Assembly (NCBI GenBank): GCA_963829805.1
Contig: CAWHJR010000002.1
Span: 4,397,418-4,461,417, forward strand
DNA length: 64,000 nt
Reading direction: 5' to 3'
DNA from: Euzebyaceae bacterium
GTDB taxonomy: Bacteria; Actinomycetota; Nitriliruptoria; Euzebyales; Egibacteraceae
Shown piece after piece: positions 19,600 through 29,546 of the stretch. The translations under genes and the position numbers were made by a program. The stretch's first letter is position 1. Each line of letters opens with the position of its first letter. Under the pieces are notes generated by a model. That model saw nothing but the letters and a program-made list of their open reading frames with translations, ran no database searches and was not told the origin of the DNA.

Positions 19600-20603
19600 C
19601 ACTCGCTCGAGAACGCTGCGTCGAAGGAGCCGGTCGGCTTGTCCCAGTTCAGCTTCCGCAGGTACTGCAGGGCCTCGGGCGCGCCGACCAGGCGGTCCAT
19701 CCCTGCGTCCTCCCACTCCACCGAGATCGGGCCGTCGTAGCCGATGTCGTTGAGGGCGCGGATGCACTCCTCCCACGGCACGTCGCCGTGACCCACCGAC
19801 ACGAAGTCCCACCCGCGCCGCAGGTCGGCCCACGGCAGGTGGCTGCCCATGCGGCCACGCCGCCCGTCGGCCCTGGCGACCTTCGCGTCCTTGCAGTCCA
19901 CGTGATAGATGCGGTCGGCGAAGTCGAGGATGAAGTTCGCGGGGTCCAGGCCCTGCCACACCATGTGCGACGGGTCCCAGTTGAGGCCGAACGCGGGGCG
20001 GTGCCCGATGGCCTCGAGCGTGGCCTTGGTGGTCCAGTAGTCGTACGCGATCTCCGACGGGTGGACCTCGTGGGCGAAGCGCACGCCTACTTCGTCGAAC
20101 ACGTCGAGGATCGGGTTCCAGCGCTCGGCGAAGTCCTGGTAGCCCTTGGCGATCATGTCCTCCGACGCGGGCGGGAACATCGCCACCGTGTGCCAGATGC
20201 TGGAGCCGGTGAAGCCGATCACCGTCTTGACACCGAGTTTGGCGGCGGCCCGTGCGGTGTCCTTCATCTCCTCCGCGGCGCGCTGCCGCACGCCCTCGGC
20301 GTCGCCGTCACCCCAGATGCGCGGGGGCAGGATGCCCTTGTGGCGCTCGTCGATCGGGTGGTCGCAGACCGCCTGGCCGACGAGGTGGTTGGAGATCGCG
20401 TAGACCTCGAGCCCGAACTTGGCCAGCAGCTCCTTGCGCCCGTCGATGTAGTCGTCCTCGGCCAGCGCCCGGTCGACCTCGAAATGGTCGCCCCAGCACG
20501 CCAGCTCCAGGCCGTCGTAGCCCCACTGGGAGGCCAGCGCGGCCAGCTCCTCGAGCGGCAGGTCGGCCCACTGCCCCGTGAACAACGTGAACCGGTAGGT
20601 CAT
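19599..20603 (-). CDS. sugar phosphate isomerase/epimerase (xylose isomerase-like TIM barrel)
   Basis: [43 protein letters not shown]...; 334 aa, typical of the AP-endonuclease-2/TIM-barrel family. Confidence 0.8.
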   Translation of the reverse strand: MTYRFTLFTGQWADLPLEELAALASQWGYDGLELACWGDHFEVDRALAEDDYIDGRKELLAKFGLEVYAISNHLVGQAVCDHPIDERHKGILPPRIWGDGDAEGVRQRAAEEMKDTARAAAKLGVKTVIGFTGSSIWHTVAMFPPASEDMIAKGYQDFAERWNPILDVFDEVGVRFAHEVHPSEIAYDYWTTKATLEAIGHRPAFGLNWDPSHMVWQGLDPANFILDFADRIYHVDCKDAKVARADGRRGRMGSHLPWADLRRGWDFVSVGHGDVPWEECIRALNDIGYDGPISVEWEDAGMDRLVGAPEALQYLRKLNWDKPTGSFDAAFSSE

Positions 20604-20702
20604 GTCGTGCCTCGCTCCTGATCCCTGATCGTCCCGCGGGGCCCGCCGGTCGGGGGGCCGGGTGGTGCTCGTGCTTCTCGTACGCCTGTTGGACGGGCGC
20701 CT

Positions 20703-21860
20703 TCATGCTCCCAGCAGGTGCTCCATCGCGAGTTGGTCGAGGCGCTCGAAGTGGTAGCCGCGGGCGGCGGCCGCTTCCACGTCGAAGGCCTCGTTGCGAA
20801 GGTCGTCCAGCGACTCCCCCGGCGCCAGCGTCGGCACCGCGAGCTCCGGGACGCGCGACGCGGCCAGCGCCTCGGCCACGCGCGGGTCGGCACGGAAGGC
20901 CACAGCCCGCTCCTTGAGCAGCAGGTAGGTGCGCATGCACCCCGCCGCCGACTCCCACACCCCGTCGTAGTCCTCCGTGCGCGGCGGCTTGAAGTCGAAG
21001 TGGCGCGGCCCTTCGTAGCCCGCCGACTCCAGCAGGTCGACTAGGAAGAACGCGCCCTTGACGTTGCCCGCCCCGAAGCGCAGGTCCTGGTCGTACTTCG
21101 CGCCGTGCTGGCCGTTGAGATCGATGTGGAAGAGCTTCCCGCACCACAGCGCCTGGGCGATGCCGTGCACGAAGTTCAGGCCCGCCATCTCCTCGTGCCC
21201 CACCTCGGGGTTCAGCCCCACCATCTCGGGCTGCTCGAGGCGGTCGATGAACGCGATCGCGTGCCCGATCGTGGGCAGCAGGATGTCACCGCGCGGCTCG
21301 TTGGGCTTGGGCTCGATCGCGAAGCGGATGCCGTAGCCGCGCTCGTTGACGTAGCCGCAGAGCAGGTCCATGGCCTCGCGGTAGCGGTCCAGCGCGGCGC
21401 GCACGTCCTTGGCGGCATCGGACTCCGCGCCCTCACGCCCACCCCACAGCACATAGGTCTGCGCGCCCAGCTCGGCGGCCAGGTCGATGTTGCGCAGCAC
21501 CTTGCGGATCGCGAAGCGGCGCACGTCACGGTCGTTGGAGGTGAACCCGCCGTCCTTGAACACCGGGTGGGTGAAGAGGTTGGTCGTGGCCATCGGCACG
21601 ACCATCCCGGTCTCGTCCAGGGCCGCCCGGAAGCGCTTGATGTGCGACTCGCGCACGTGGGAGTCGGAGCCGAACGGGATCAGGTCGTCGTCGTGGAACG
21701 TCACCCCGTAGGCGCCCAGCTCCGCCAGGCGGTGCACCGCCTCCACCGGGTCCAGCGGGGCCCGCGTGGCCTCCCCGAACGGGTCACGCCCCAACCAGCC
21801 CACCGTCCACAACCCAAACGTGAAGCGGTCCGCAGGCGTCGGCCGATCGCCCTCGCTCAT
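20703..21860 (-). CDS. xylA: xylose isomerase (class I, actinobacterial type)
   Basis: [22 protein letters not shown]...[14 protein letters not shown]...[18 protein letters not shown]...; 385 aa. Confidence 0.92.
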   Translation of the reverse strand: MSEGDRPTPADRFTFGLWTVGWLGRDPFGEATRAPLDPVEAVHRLAELGAYGVTFHDDDLIPFGSDSHVRESHIKRFRAALDETGMVVPMATTNLFTHPVFKDGGFTSNDRDVRRFAIRKVLRNIDLAAELGAQTYVLWGGREGAESDAAKDVRAALDRYREAMDLLCGYVNERGYGIRFAIEPKPNEPRGDILLPTIGHAIAFIDRLEQPEMVGLNPEVGHEEMAGLNFVHGIAQALWCGKLFHIDLNGQHGAKYDQDLRFGAGNVKGAFFLVDLLESAGYEGPRHFDFKPPRTEDYDGVWESAAGCMRTYLLLKERAVAFRADPRVAEALAASRVPELAVPTLAPGESLDDLRNEAFDVEAAAARGYHFERLDQLAMEHLLGA

Positions 21861-21921
21861 GCCCTCAGTCCTGTCCCTCTACAGCAGTAGTTGTCTACCG
21901 CACGGCGCAACCGCCCACCTG

Positions 21922-21942
21922 CATACGGAGGTGGATACAGGA
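21922..21942 (-). promoter_or_regulatory. candidate operator, copy A (plus-strand catacggaggtggatacagga), 62-82 nt upstream of the xylA start
   Basis: 16 of 21 positions are identical to copy B at 24168-24188, including the exact 9-mer TGGATACAG. Both copies have the same orientation relative to the downstream minus-strand genes. Confidence 0.35.
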
Positions 21943-22041
21943 TGGAGTGCGGCGGCGGCTGTTGTCAATGCGGCGGGGGGCCGATCAGAAGGTGACGGCT
22001 CTGACATGGCGCTCGCGTCCGCGGCGCCGCCGACACGCGGT

Positions 22042-22869
22042 TCAGAACGTTACCGCCTTGAAGGCAGCCGTTTGGCTGGTCAGGGCCTGCTCGGTCGGGA
22101 GGCGCTCCATGCTCGACGCGCCGTAGAAGCCGTGGACGCCGGTGGTGCGCTGCAGCACGTAGGAGGCGTCCGCGGGCTCGGCGATCGGGCCGCCGTGGCA
22201 GAGCACGATGACGTCCGGGCGCACGCTGCGGGCCGCCGCCGCCAGGCGGTCGACGCGCTCCACCGCGTCGTCCAGCGTGAGCGCGGTCTCGGCGCCGATC
22301 GCGCCCCCGGTGGTCAGGCCCATGTGGCAGACGACCAGGTCGGCGCCGGCGTCGGTCATCGCCTCGGCCTCCTCGGGGATGAACACGTACGGCGTGGTGA
22401 GCAGGTCGAGCGTCGCGGCGTGACGGATCATCGCGACCTCGAGGCCGTAGCCCATCCCGGTCTCCTCGAGGTTCTGGCGGAACACCCCGTCGATGAGGCC
22501 GACCGTCGGGAAGTTCTGGACGCCCGCGAAGCCGAGGCGGGCCAGCTCCGGCAGGAAGACCTCGGGCAGGTAGAAGGGGTCGGTGCCGTTGACGCCGGCG
22601 AGCACCGGGGTGTGCTGCACGACGGGCAGCACCTCGCTGGCCATCTCGACCACGATTTGGTTGGCGTTGCCGTAGGCCAGCAGACCGGCCAGCGACCCGC
22701 GGCCCGCCATGCGGTAGCGGCCGGAGTTGTAGATCACGATGAGGTCGATCCCGCCGGCCTCCTCGCACTTGGCGGACAGGCCGGTGCCGGCGCCGCCGCC
22801 CACGATCGGCTGGCGGCGCTCGATCATCCCGCGGAAGCGCTCGAGGATCTCGGCGCGCCCCTGCCTCAC
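22042..22869 (-). CDS. phosphoenolpyruvate hydrolase-like family protein (TIM barrel; homologous to the Tm-1 C-terminal half)
   Basis: GTG 22869 (GTGA overlap with the upstream stop). [64 protein letters not shown]... matches this family as I recall it. Confidence 0.75.
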   Translation of the reverse strand: MRQGRAEILERFRGMIERRQPIVGGGAGTGLSAKCEEAGGIDLIVIYNSGRYRMAGRGSLAGLLAYGNANQIVVEMASEVLPVVQHTPVLAGVNGTDPFYLPEVFLPELARLGFAGVQNFPTVGLIDGVFRQNLEETGMGYGLEVAMIRHAATLDLLTTPYVFIPEEAEAMTDAGADLVVCHMGLTTGGAIGAETALTLDDAVERVDRLAAAARSVRPDVIVLCHGGPIAEPADASYVLQRTTGVHGFYGASSMERLPTEQALTSQTAAFKAVTF

Positions 22870-24065
22870 GAGGTCACCTCCGCGAGCGCGGCCAGGACGG
22901 CCTGGGCGAACTCCGGGGCGTTGACGTGGTGGGGGACGCGCAGGAGGCGCCGCTGCTCGGTCTGCTGCACCTGGTCCTCCAGCGCCGCGAAGAGCGCAGC
23001 GTCGGCGTCGGGGTCGTGGAACGGCTGGCCGGGGGCGTCGATCGCGGAGACGCCGCCCTCCGGCAGCAGGAAGCGCACGGGTCCCTCGCAGCGGTTCAGG
23101 CGCTCCGCGAGGAACGCCCCGAACGCCGCGTTCTCCTCGGGCGTGGTGCGCATCAGCGTGACCTGCGGGTTGTGGACGTGGAAGCGGCGGCCCGAGTAGC
23201 GCTCGGGCACTGTGTCGGGCGCGCCGAAGTTCGCCATGTCGAGCGCGCCACAGGACCCGACGTACGGGACGCCGGTGCGGATCACGGCGCCGAGCCGGTC
23301 CTCGGTCGCCGGGAACACGCCGCCGCAGAGCAGGTCTGCGACCTCGGTCGTGGTCATGTCCAGCATCGCGCCGACCATGCCGGAGTCCACCAGCTTCTCC
23401 AGCGACTGGCCACCGGTGCCGGTGGCGTGGAACACCAGCGGGTCCCAGGCCGCCTCCAGCGCGGCGACCAGCTGGGTCACGAGGGCGGTCGTGACCCCGA
23501 ACATCGTCAGCCCGACCACCGGCCGCGCGTCGGCCGGCGGGGTGACCGGGTGCGCGACCATCCCCGCGACCGCGTTGGCCGCGTTGCCGAGCACGACCCG
23601 CGAGATGCGGTTGAGCCCCGCGAGGTCGGTGACCGAGTAGAGCATCGCGATGTCGGCCGGCCCCACGTAGGGCGCCACGTTGCCCGACGCCACCGTGGAC
23701 ACCAGCACCTTCGGCACGCCGATGGGCAGCGCGCGCAGGGCCGGCGCGACGATCGCCGTCCCCCCCGACCCACCGATCCCGATCATCCCCGCGACGTCCG
23801 CGACGCGCGCGACCGCGAAGTGCTCCAGCGCCACGGCCATCGCTCCCACCGCGGCCCCGCGGTCGTCGGACACGACCGCGTCGGCGCCCGCCGGGTGGTG
23901 CGCCGCGACCTGAGCCGGCGTGATGTCCGCGGTCGAGGCGTGCCCCGTGGTCCCGACGTCGACCACCACGACGGGTAGCCCCTGCGAAGCGATCACCTCG
24001 CGCAGGTAGGCGAGCTCCCGCCCCTTGGTGTCGCCGGTCCCCACCACGTACACCGACCCCATCAC
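22866..24065 (-). CDS. Tm-1-like ATP-binding domain protein (UPF0261)
   Basis: [25 protein letters not shown]...[12 protein letters not shown]...[13 protein letters not shown].... Start is GTG 24065 or ATG 24062. Confidence 0.75.
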   Translation of the reverse strand: MMGSVYVVGTGDTKGRELAYLREVIASQGLPVVVVDVGTTGHASTADITPAQVAAHHPAGADAVVSDDRGAAVGAMAVALEHFAVARVADVAGMIGIGGSGGTAIVAPALRALPIGVPKVLVSTVASGNVAPYVGPADIAMLYSVTDLAGLNRISRVVLGNAANAVAGMVAHPVTPPADARPVVGLTMFGVTTALVTQLVAALEAAWDPLVFHATGTGGQSLEKLVDSGMVGAMLDMTTTEVADLLCGGVFPATEDRLGAVIRTGVPYVGSCGALDMANFGAPDTVPERYSGRRFHVHNPQVTLMRTTPEENAAFGAFLAERLNRCEGPVRFLLPEGGVSAIDAPGQPFHDPDADAALFAALEDQVQQTEQRRLLRVPHHVNAPEFAQAVLAALAEVTS

Positions 24066-24167
24066 GTCCTCCCGGTCCGAGGGTCGGTCAGCCTAGGCGC
24101 GCGACCGTCGTCGGCGCGGACCTTGCGGCCGCTTGACACCCGCTCCGGCCCGTGCTCTCTTGCGCTG

Positions 24168-24188
24168 CGTACAGGGCTGGATACAGCA
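24168..24188 (-). promoter_or_regulatory. candidate operator, copy B (plus-strand cgtacagggctggatacagca) in the divergent spacer between the UPF0261 gene and the frameshifted operon
   Basis: See copy A. Lies 103-123 nt upstream of start 24065 (minus strand) and 23 nt upstream of ATG 24211 (plus strand). Confidence 0.35.
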
Positions 24189-24210
24189 ACGCGGAGAAAG
24201 GGGTGTGACG

Positions 24211-25689
24211 ATGTCGTCCCTGCAGGCCCGGCCGTACGTGCTCGGCCAGCTCGCGCGCGACCTCGCCGGCGTGGTGGGCGCGGAGCACGTGAGCACCGAT
24301 CCGAGGGCGACCTCGTCGCGCAGGCCGCGGACTGGTCCTGGATGTCGCAGTTCCTGCGCCTGCGCGACCTGCCGCTGCCGGTGGCCGACGTGGTGGTCCG
24401 GCCCGAGTCCACCGAGCAGGTCGAGGGCATCGTCCGCATCGCGTCGGAGTACCGCGTGCCGGTCGTGCCGCGTGGCGGCGGCTCCGGAACGCAGGGCGGC
24501 ACCTTCGCGCTCTACGGCGGGCATCGCCGTCGACCTGACGCGGCATGAACCGCATCGTCGAGGTCGACGAGTCGAGCCTGACGGTCACCGTGCAGGCCGG
24601 CATCGACGGGTCGGTGCTGGAGAAGGAGCTCAACGGGCTGGGGCTGACGCTGCCGCACTACCCGGGCTCGCACTTCTTCGGCGCGACGATCGGCGGCTGC
24701 CTGGCGGCCCGCGGCTCCGGCGTGGTGTCCACCAAGTACGGCAAGGCCGAGCAGACTGGCGCTGCAGGTCGAGGCGGTGGTCCCACCGGGGCGGCGCGAT
24801 CGTCGACGCTGCCGGTCCCCAACCACGCCGCCGGGCCCGACCTGCTGCAGACCCTCATCGGCTCCGAGGGCACGCTCGGCATCATCACCGAGGCGACGAT
24901 GCGGCTGGAGCCGCTCCCCGAGGGCCGGCGCGTTCCTGTCCTACCAGTTCCCCACCGTCGCAGGCCGGCCTCGAGACCGCGCGCCTGATCATGACGCGGC
25001 GCATCGTGCCGGCGGCGATGCGGCTCTACGACGAGGCCGACAGCGCCAAGCTGACCTCGATGCTGGGGCTCGACACGGCGGCGTGCTGCTGGTCGATCGT
25101 GCTGGACGGCTTCGAGGCCGTCGATGGCGCTCGAGCAGGCAGCGGATCGCGGCGATCGCGACGCGCAACGCCGGCGCACGACCTGGGCGCCGGGCCCGCG
25201 CAGACGCTGGTGGGACGGCAAGTACGAGCCGTTCGCGCAAGCACAACGCCCCGGCGCCGCCGACGATCTTCGGCACGACCGACACGTGCGCGCGCTTCGC
25301 GGACGCTGCCCGGCCTGTACGAGGCGAAGAAGCGCACGATCGAGGAGGGGTTCGCCGAGTACGGCGCCCGCTACACCGCGCACTTCTCGCACTGGTACCC
25401 GTGGGGCGGGATGATCTACGACCGCTTCTACGTCGACGACGCGCCGGAGGACCCGGACGAGGCGCTCGCCCTGCACGACCGGCTGTGGGACGCGGCCATC
25501 GCGACCTCGCTGGCCAACGGCGGCGTCATCAACGAGCACCACGGTGTCGGCCTCAAGCTCGGGCGCTTCATGCGCCCGCAGTACGGCGCGGCCTTCGACC
25601 TCATGCTCGCAGTGAAGGACGCCTGGGACCCGGACGGGATCATGAACCCGGGCAAGCTGGGGTTCGGAGCACCTCGGTCAGGCTGGTAA
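24211..25689 (+). pseudogene. FAD-linked oxidase (GlcD / FAD_binding_4 family), many apparent frameshifts
   Basis: Pieces spread over all three forward frames: MSSLQARPYVLGQLARDLAGVVGAEHVSTDP | GDLVAQAADWSWMS...VVPRGGGSGTQGG | GIAVDLTR | MNRIVEVDESSLTVTVQAG...GATIGGCLAARGSGVVSTKYGKAEQ | ...LIGSEGTLGIITEATMRLEP | ...YEAKKRTIEEGF...HHGVGLKLGRFM...DPDGIMNPGKL. I estimate about 15 frame changes. Confidence 0.75.
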
Positions 25690-25716
25690 CCGCACAACGA
25701 GCGAGGGAGCGACACG

Positions 25717-26605
25717 ATGCACCTGTCGATGCACAACTGGATGCGGGCCGAGCCGCTCGAGGTGACGCTCGCGCGGCTGGCCAAGTACGGCTACGAGAGC
25801 ATCGAGATCAGCGGCGAGCCGGAGCAGTACAAGCCGGACGACGTCAAGCCGCTGCTCGCGAAGTACGACCTGCGCTGCTGGGGCTCGGTCACGCTCATGC
25901 TCGGCGACCGCAACCTGGTCGCCGGCGACGAGGGCGCAGCGCGCGCGCGTCGGTGCAGTACACCAAGGACTGCATCGACCTGGTCGCCGCGCTGAACGGC
26001 ACCGAGATGACGATCGTGCCCGGCGACGGTCGGCAAGATCACGCCGGACGCCACCCCCGAGCAGGAGTGGGAGTGGGCGGTCGCGGGGCTCAAGGAGATC
26101 TACGAGCACGCGCAGCCGCTGGGCGTGCGGCTCGCGATCGAGCCGCTCAACCGCTTCGAGACCTACTTCATCAACCGCGGCGCGCAGGCCATGGCGCTGG
26201 CGGAGGCCGTGGGCGACGAGTGCGGCGTGTGCCTGGACGCCTTCCACATCAACATCGAGGAGGCGGACCTCTTCCAGGCGATCCTCGACTGCGGTCCGCG
26301 TCTGACAGACTTCCACGCCGCCGACAACAACCGCATGCCCGCCGGGCATGGGCGACTACGACTGGGCGAAGGTCGTCGACACGCTCAAGCAGGCCGGCTA
26401 CGACGGCGCGCTGACCGCCGAGTTCGTCGCCCCGCTGGACCGCACGCCGGCCAACCCGTTCCCGAACGCGCTGGAGACCGAGCCGGTCGACATCAGCGCC
26501 GAGCAGATGAAGTTCATCGAGGACCACGGCTCGACGACGCTCAGCGAGGAGTTCTACGACTGGCTGACCGAGGAGCACGCCGAGCACCTGCTGCCGCTGA
26601 TCTAG
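25717..26605 (+). pseudogene. sugar phosphate isomerase/epimerase (TIM barrel), at least 3 apparent frameshifts
   Basis: MHLSMHNWMRAEPLEVTLARLAKYGYESIEISGEP... | SVQYTKDCIDLVAALNGTEMTIVP | ...GVRLAIEPLNRFETYFINRG...LDAFHINIEEAD...FHAADNNRMPAG | MGDYDWAKVVDTLKQAGYDGALTAEF.... SD GAGGGAG lies before ATG 25717. Confidence 0.7.
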
Positions 26606-26629
26606 GCTGGAGGAGCGACATCAGGCGTC

Positions 26630-27891
26630 ATGACGCCTCTGAGCGCGATCGCGGTCCTGGCGACGCTGGACACCAAGGGCCCGGAGGCGGCGTACCTCCG
26701 GGACCGGCTGCGCGAGCACGGGCTGACGCGCTGCGTCATCGACTGCGGCATCCTCGGCGAGCCGCTGGACATCGTCCCCGACGTGACCAGCGACGACGTG
26801 GCACGGCACTCGGGCACCTCCATCGCGGAGCTGCGCGCGGCCGGGACCGCGGGGCCGCGCGGTCGCCGCGATGCGCACGATGCTGGCCGACTACGTCGAG
26901 CGACCTGCTACGCCCAGGGGCGCATCGCGGGCGGCATCGGCATCGGCGGGGCGGAGGGCGCGGTGATGACCGCCGCGGCGCTGATGCGGCTGCCCGCTCG
27001 GGGTGCCGAAGGTCGTCGTCTCGCCGATCGCGTCCGGCCGCCACGAGTTCGGTCCGCTGGTCGGCACCCGCGACATGATGGTCGTGCACTCGGTCGTCGA
27101 CATCCTCGGCCTCAACGAGATCGCCCGCACGGTCTTCGACAACGTCGTGGCCGCGGTGGCGGGCATGGTGAACACGACCGCTCCGACCGCGGACTCCGGC
27201 CCAGAGTCCACGGCAGCAGCGCACCGTGGCGGTCACGATGCTGGGCAACACCACCAGGGCCGTGATGGCGCTGCGCGACGAGCTGGCCGAGGCCGGCTCA
27301 CCAGGCGCTGGTCTTCCACTCCAACGGCGTCGGCGGGCCGGCGATGGAGGAGCTCGCCGCGCGAGGGCTACTTCCGCGGCGTCATCGACTTCACCACCAA
27401 CGAGGTCACCGACCCGCTGGTCGGCGGCATCCACGACGGCGGCCCCGACCGGCTGCGCGTGGTCGGCGAGCTCGGGCTGCCCCAGGTCGTGGTGCCCGGC
27501 TGCATCGACTTCGCGGTCTTCGAGCCGTCGCAGGTCCCGCCGGCGCTGGCCGACCGGCCCAGCTACGACCACAACCCGGAGTTCCGGCTGATCCGCACCT
27601 CGCGCGCAGGACATGCTGCACGATCGCCGGCATCTTCGCGCGAGCGGCTCGGCGCGGCGCAAGGGCCCGGTGCGCGTCGCCGTCCCGACCCGCGGGCTGT
27701 CCATCCCGAACGTCCCGGACGGCCCCTTCTGGGACCCGGAGGCCGACGCCGCGTTCCGCGACCGCGCTGCGCGAGCGAGCTGCGCGCCGACATCCCCGTC
27801 ACCACCCACGACCACCACGTCAACGACCCCGAGTTCGGCCGCGTGGTGGCCCGACTCGTTCCTCGACCTCATCCAGGAGGCCCCCGCATGA
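26630..27891 (+). pseudogene. Tm-1-like ATP-binding domain protein (UPF0261) paralog, about 10 apparent frameshifts
   Basis: MTPLSAIAVLATLDTKGPEAAYLRDRL... | GRIAGGIGIGGAEGAVMTAAAL | LGVPKVVVSPIASG...VVDILGLNEIARTV | VAVTMLGNTTRAVMALRDEL | LVFHSNGVGGPAMEEL | YFRGVIDFTTNEVTDPLVGGI...PGCIDFAVF | GPVRVAVPTRGLSIPNV... | ...FLDLIQEAPA. By eye, roughly one third of residues are identical to the intact copy at 22866-24065. Confidence 0.7.
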
Positions 27892-28815
27892 CCTCCAGCA
27901 TCTCCCGCAACGTCCCGCACCTCACCAGCGGCGACGAGCGAGTTCCGCGTCGAAGTTCCGGTCCTGGGCACTGGCCGACCTGTCCTACGTCGACATCCGC
28001 GAGTACCTGAAGACCAAGGACCTGGTGCTCGTGCCGATGGCGAGCACCGAGCAGCACGGCCCGCACCTGCCGCTCTACACCGACACCATCACCGCGCATC
28101 GAGGTGAGCGCGCGGGTCTCCGAGCACATCGGCGGTGCTGCACACGCCGCCGCTCTGGGCGGGCTACTCGCCGCAGCACATGCACGCGCCCGGGCGAGGG
28201 CCGCGGGCACGATCACCCTGCGCTCCAGCACGCTGCTCAACCTGATGTACGACGTCGCGCGCAGCCTCATCCACCACGGCTTCAACCGGATCGATCTTCA
28301 TCAACGGGCACGGCTCGAACACGAAGGTGGTCGACCCGGTGCTGCGCCGGCTGCGCTACGAGACCGGCGCCATGATCGGCTTCGTCAAGCCCTACATGGA
28401 GCGCTACGTCGGGATCCTCGAGGGCCTGATGGAGAACCCGCCCGAGGAGACCCCGGGCTGGCACTCCAGCGAGCTGGAGACCTCCCAGGACATGGCGTGG
28501 AACCCCGACCTCGTGCGCATGGAGCGGGCCGAGGACACGCGCGCCGCAGGTCCCGGACTTCCTGCCCGAGTCCTTCCGCAAGACCGACGGCGCCCCGGAT
28601 GTGGAGTTCGAGGGCTACAAGTACTTCAGCTTCCCGATGGACCACCACGAGTTCATCGACAGCGGCACCATCGGCAACCCGCATGCGCGCGACCAAGGAG
28701 AAGGGCGAGGAGGCGTTCCGCCGCTACTCCGAGCACGTGGCGCAAGGGCGTCCTCGAGCTGATGGACGTCCCGGTCAAGGTCCACGACCGGGAGTTCGTG
28801 GACAGGGTGATGTGA
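27888..28815 (+). pseudogene. creatininase (creatinine amidohydrolase) family protein, about 8 apparent frameshifts
   Basis: ATG 27888 (ATGA overlap, SD CAGGAGG). WALADLSYVDIREYLKTKDLVLVPMASTEQHGPHLPLYTD | EVSARVSEHIGG | VLHTPPLWAGYSPQHM | GTITLRSSTLLNLMYDVARSLIHHGFNRI | FINGHGSNTKVVDPVLRRLRYETG...GWHSSELETS | ...FEGYKYFSFPMDHHEF | MRATKEKGEEAFRRY | VLELMDVPVKVHDREFVDRVM. Confidence 0.7.
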
Positions 28816-28853
28816 TGGTCGACCAGCCCGGCAGCTGACGGCCCGTCGCGTCG

Positions 28854-29546
28854 ATGGTCGACGACGTCTACGCGTCGCTGCTGACGCCATCGTCGAGGCG
28901 CGGCTGCGGTGCGGGCACCCCGCTGTCGCAGAACAAGCTGGCCGCGCGCATGGGGGTCAGCCGCACCCCGGTGCGCGAGGCGCTGCTGCGCCTCGAGCGC
29001 GACGGGCCTGGTCCAGCGCCTGCCCGAAGCCGGGTTCGCGGTCGCCACCATCACGCCCGACGAGGTCGAGGAGGCCTGCGACCTGCTTGCGCTGCTGGAC
29101 ACCTACGTCTACGGACGCGGGCGGCCGGCGCACTGTCGCGCCGAGGAGCTGGAGCGAGCTGCTCGCGCTGGCCGCCGAGCCTGGTGGACCACGGCCGAGG
29201 CCGGCGACGCCGAGTGCGTGGCGGGTCGCCGACCGCGCGCTACCACGCGCTGGTGATGGCGGCGGCGCGGCAACCGCTTCGTGGCCCAGGACGCTGCAGC
29301 AGACGCGTCGGCGGGTGCAGCGGTTCTGGCTGCCGGACGCCGCACTTCGAAGGGCGGCTGCGGCTCTGCTCGCAGGACCACGTCGCGCTCGCGCAGGCGA
29401 TGGGCGACCACGACGAGGACGAGGTCGCGGCACGCGTCACCGCGCACATCGACCGGCTGCGCGCCAACGTGCTGGACCGGCTGGAGCGCGCCGCGCCCCT
29501 GCTGCCGCGGCCCAACCCGTTCGCGGAGGCGCGGTTGGCACCCTGA
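28854..29546 (+). pseudogene. GntR/FadR-type transcriptional regulator, several apparent frameshifts
   Basis: MVDDVYASLL... | PLSQNKLAARMGVSRTPVREALLRLERDG | LVQRLPEAGFAVATITPDEVEEACDLLALLDTYV | ... | HVALAQAMGDHDEDEVAARVTAHIDRLRANVLDRL. This gives a winged HTH plus an FCD-like C-terminal domain. Confidence 0.6.

Noticed and set aside
24133-24138. Perfect TTGACA hexamers (24133-24138 and also 37784-37789) as -35 boxes
   Set aside because: No acceptable TAnnnT -10 element lies at 16-19 nt spacing in either case.
24133-25689. Track ORF read as a single 518-aa protein
   Set aside because: Only its first ~30 aa after Met-27 and its last ~125 aa match the FAD-linked oxidase family. The middle is out of frame. 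The real gene is a mosaic of three frames (see findings).
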